Origin: a bacterium
GTDB taxonomy: Bacteria; SZUA-182; DTGQ01; JAFGSM01
NCBI GenBank assembly: GCA_049472335.1
Contig: JBLIRO010000090.1
Location: 1 to 17,864 of the forward strand
Length of the DNA stretch: 17,864 nt
Reading direction: 5' to 3'
Below the pieces are notes generated by a model that searched no databases, was not told where the DNA came from, and saw only the letters and a program-made list of their open reading frames with translations. Below, piece by piece: positions 16,151 to 17,864 of this stretch. The position numbers and the translations under genes are program-made. How positions within the stretch are numbered: the stretch's first letter is position 1; each line of letters starts with the position of its first letter.

Positions 16151-17350
16151 ATGTATCGCGCAAAATATTTATTATCCATTTTATTCTTTCTTGCTTTTAC
16201 GGGGACCATACATACCGTAAGCGCAGGTATTCTTTCCGGGCCGGAAAATATCCGGCTGGAACAGGAGACCTTTTCAGACAGAGAATTAACCCTATTATCT
16301 GAATTGTCGGAGAACGACCATTCTGAAGAAGGACTCACAAAAGTAGGATGTTGCAGAATGTACGGTCATGCCTGGGATATAGTTGCGAATAACAAATATG
16401 CTTATGTGGCTGACGGACCCGAAGGACTTCAGATCATTGATATCCACAATCCAACCAATCCGGAAATAATAGGGAGTTTTGAAACACCGGGTTACGCATG
16501 GGGCATTGCAGTAAATGGTCCATATGCATATATAGCCACCGGTTCGACAGGCCTCCAGGTTATCGACATTTCCGATCCCCGGGACCCCAGGGTTGCAGGA
16601 TATTGTGATACACCCGGTTATGCCCGTAAAGTATCAATAAATGGTAATTATGCTTATATTGCAGATGGTTCACGCGGACTTCAGATCTTAGACATCAGTG
16701 ACCCGGAAAAGCCTGTCAGAACAGGATCATACAAAGTATCAGGGAATTCCCGGGGAATAGCTACTAAAGGAAACTATGCCTATATAACCTCCTATGTGCC
16801 TGAACACGGTAGCGGACTTCAGATTATAGACATCAGTGACCCGGAAGATCCAAAACAAATGTCAAGTCTGGAAACCTCCGGCTTTGCGTATACTATTGCC
16901 ATAAATGAGAGGTATGCATATGTAGTTGACTGGGGAAGCGGACTTAAGATCATAGACATCTCCGATCCCTTATATCCAAGGGAAGCGGGAAGCTACCAAA
17001 TCTCATGGTTTGCACGGGGAATAGCCGTAAAGGGGAACTATGCCTACGTTGCGGATGGCTATGACGGATTAAGAGTTATAAATATCAAGGATCCGATGGA
17101 TATTCTGCATATCGGTGATTACGACACACCGGGTTATGCACTGGGAGTCAGTATAAACGGCAACTATATTTATATTGCCGACGGAGAAGGCGGATTGCAG
17201 GTCCTGCGCTTTCATGCTCCTGAAAATCCCAAAACCATGCACTCCAATAATATTTTCTTTGGTTCAGGGGGCTTAATCTCATACTCTTTTATGCTGCCTG
17301 CAGCAATTGTTAATCCCTTTCGAAAAGAGAGCCTAAAACAAGTTGGGTAA
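16151..17350 (+). CDS. Secreted LVIVD-repeat protein, predicted 7-bladed beta-propeller, 399 aa
   Basis: Signal peptide MYRAKYLLSILFFLAFTGTIHTVSA; seven ~42-aa repeats G.A..I.V.GNYAYVAD...GLQIIDISDP..P...G...TP. Confidence 0.9.
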   Translation: MYRAKYLLSILFFLAFTGTIHTVSAGILSGPENIRLEQETFSDRELTLLSELSENDHSEEGLTKVGCCRMYGHAWDIVANNKYAYVADGPEGLQIIDIHNPTNPEIIGSFETPGYAWGIAVNGPYAYIATGSTGLQVIDISDPRDPRVAGYCDTPGYARKVSINGNYAYIADGSRGLQILDISDPEKPVRTGSYKVSGNSRGIATKGNYAYITSYVPEHGSGLQIIDISDPEDPKQMSSLETSGFAYTIAINERYAYVVDWGSGLKIIDISDPLYPREAGSYQISWFARGIAVKGNYAYVADGYDGLRVINIKDPMDILHIGDYDTPGYALGVSINGNYIYIADGEGGLQVLRFHAPENPKTMHSNNIFFGSGGLISYSFMLPAAIVNPFRKESLKQVG

Positions 17351-17662
17351 ATGTTTATGAGATTTTACATTATCGGAGACAAGGATACGGTTACCGGATT
17401 TTCTCTGGTTGGTATAGAAGGGACAAAAGCGGATTCGGGCGTGGAGGCCCTCAGGGCCCTTAAAGAAGCCATCAATAGTAAAGACATTGGTATCATCCTT
17501 ATCACTGAAAGGCTGGCCAAAGAGATCCAGTCAACCATCGATGCACTCATGACTCAGAGAGAATGTGTCCTTGTTTTGCAGATCCCCGATGCAGGCGGGG
17601 CTCTGCAAGGCAGGCAATCCATAGAGGAATTCGTGCTTACTGCTCTGGGAGTGAAGGTTTAG
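17351..17662 (+). CDS. V/A-type ATPase subunit F (start 17351 or 17357)
   Basis: MRFYIIGDKDTVTGFSLVGIEG...DIGIILITERLA...LQIP...ALGVKV. Confidence 0.93.
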   Translation: MFMRFYIIGDKDTVTGFSLVGIEGTKADSGVEALRALKEAINSKDIGIILITERLAKEIQSTIDALMTQRECVLVLQIPDAGGALQGRQSIEEFVLTALGVKV

Positions 17663-17677
17663 GGAAAGCCCTTATTT

Positions 17678-17743
17678 AAAATGCAAATTGCAAATTGCAA
17701 AATGCAAAATGAAGGATTAAGGAAAATGCAAATTGTAAAATGT
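17678..17743. repeat. Tandem heptamer repeats AAAATGC/AAATTGC between subunits F and E
   Basis: Five units at 17678-17712 and three units at 17723-17743. Confidence 0.75.
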
Positions 17744-17760
17744 GTTTCCCCGGAGACGTT

Positions 17761-17864
17761 ATGTTAAACAATATGGAAATACTATCGCGTGTCATAATGG
17801 ATGATGCCTATAGGGAAGCGGAAGCTATATTAGAGAAGGCAAGAAAGGAATCGGAGTCCATCAG
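17761..17864 (+). CDS. ntpE: V/A-type ATPase subunit E, N-terminal part (runs off the window)
   Basis: MLNNMEILSRVIMDDAYREAEAILEKARKESESI; GGAGA RBS; operon context. Confidence 0.8.
   Translation, partial: MLNNMEILSRVIMDDAYREAEAILEKARKESESI

Overview
AT-rich bacterial window, probably from an anaerobe (taxon cannot be assigned from sequence alone). From left to right: (i) a tail of a minus-strand Y1/HUH (IS200/RAYT-like) transposase fused directly to the 3' fragment of an acr3 arsenite exporter; (ii) a cluster of exported Tyr-rich proteins, including two convergent Gly/Tyr/Met/Leu repeat proteins whose mature parts have no charged residues, the first preceded by a long leader with several extra Shine-Dalgarno-like GGAGGTG motifs; (iii) a CBM48 glycogen-binding protein and an intact GT4-family glycosyltransferase that has lost its catalytic motifs; (iv) an MTH895-like thioredoxin with CxxF instead of CxxC, a PAS-PAS hybrid histidine kinase and an ECF sigma factor; (v) an ArsR-family repressor and a decayed MNT(-HEPN) toxin-antitoxin remnant; (vi) the first part of a V/A-type ATPase operon (H/G-C-I-K-F-E) with a secreted 7-repeat LVIVD protein between K and F. 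Five separate sigma70-type promoters share a TGGT-N1/2-ATTTGG spacer element, which suggests that the repeat proteins, the CBM48/pseudo-GT pair, the kinase/ECF operon and arsR form one undescribed regulon. All family calls come from motif recognition by eye; no database searches were run.
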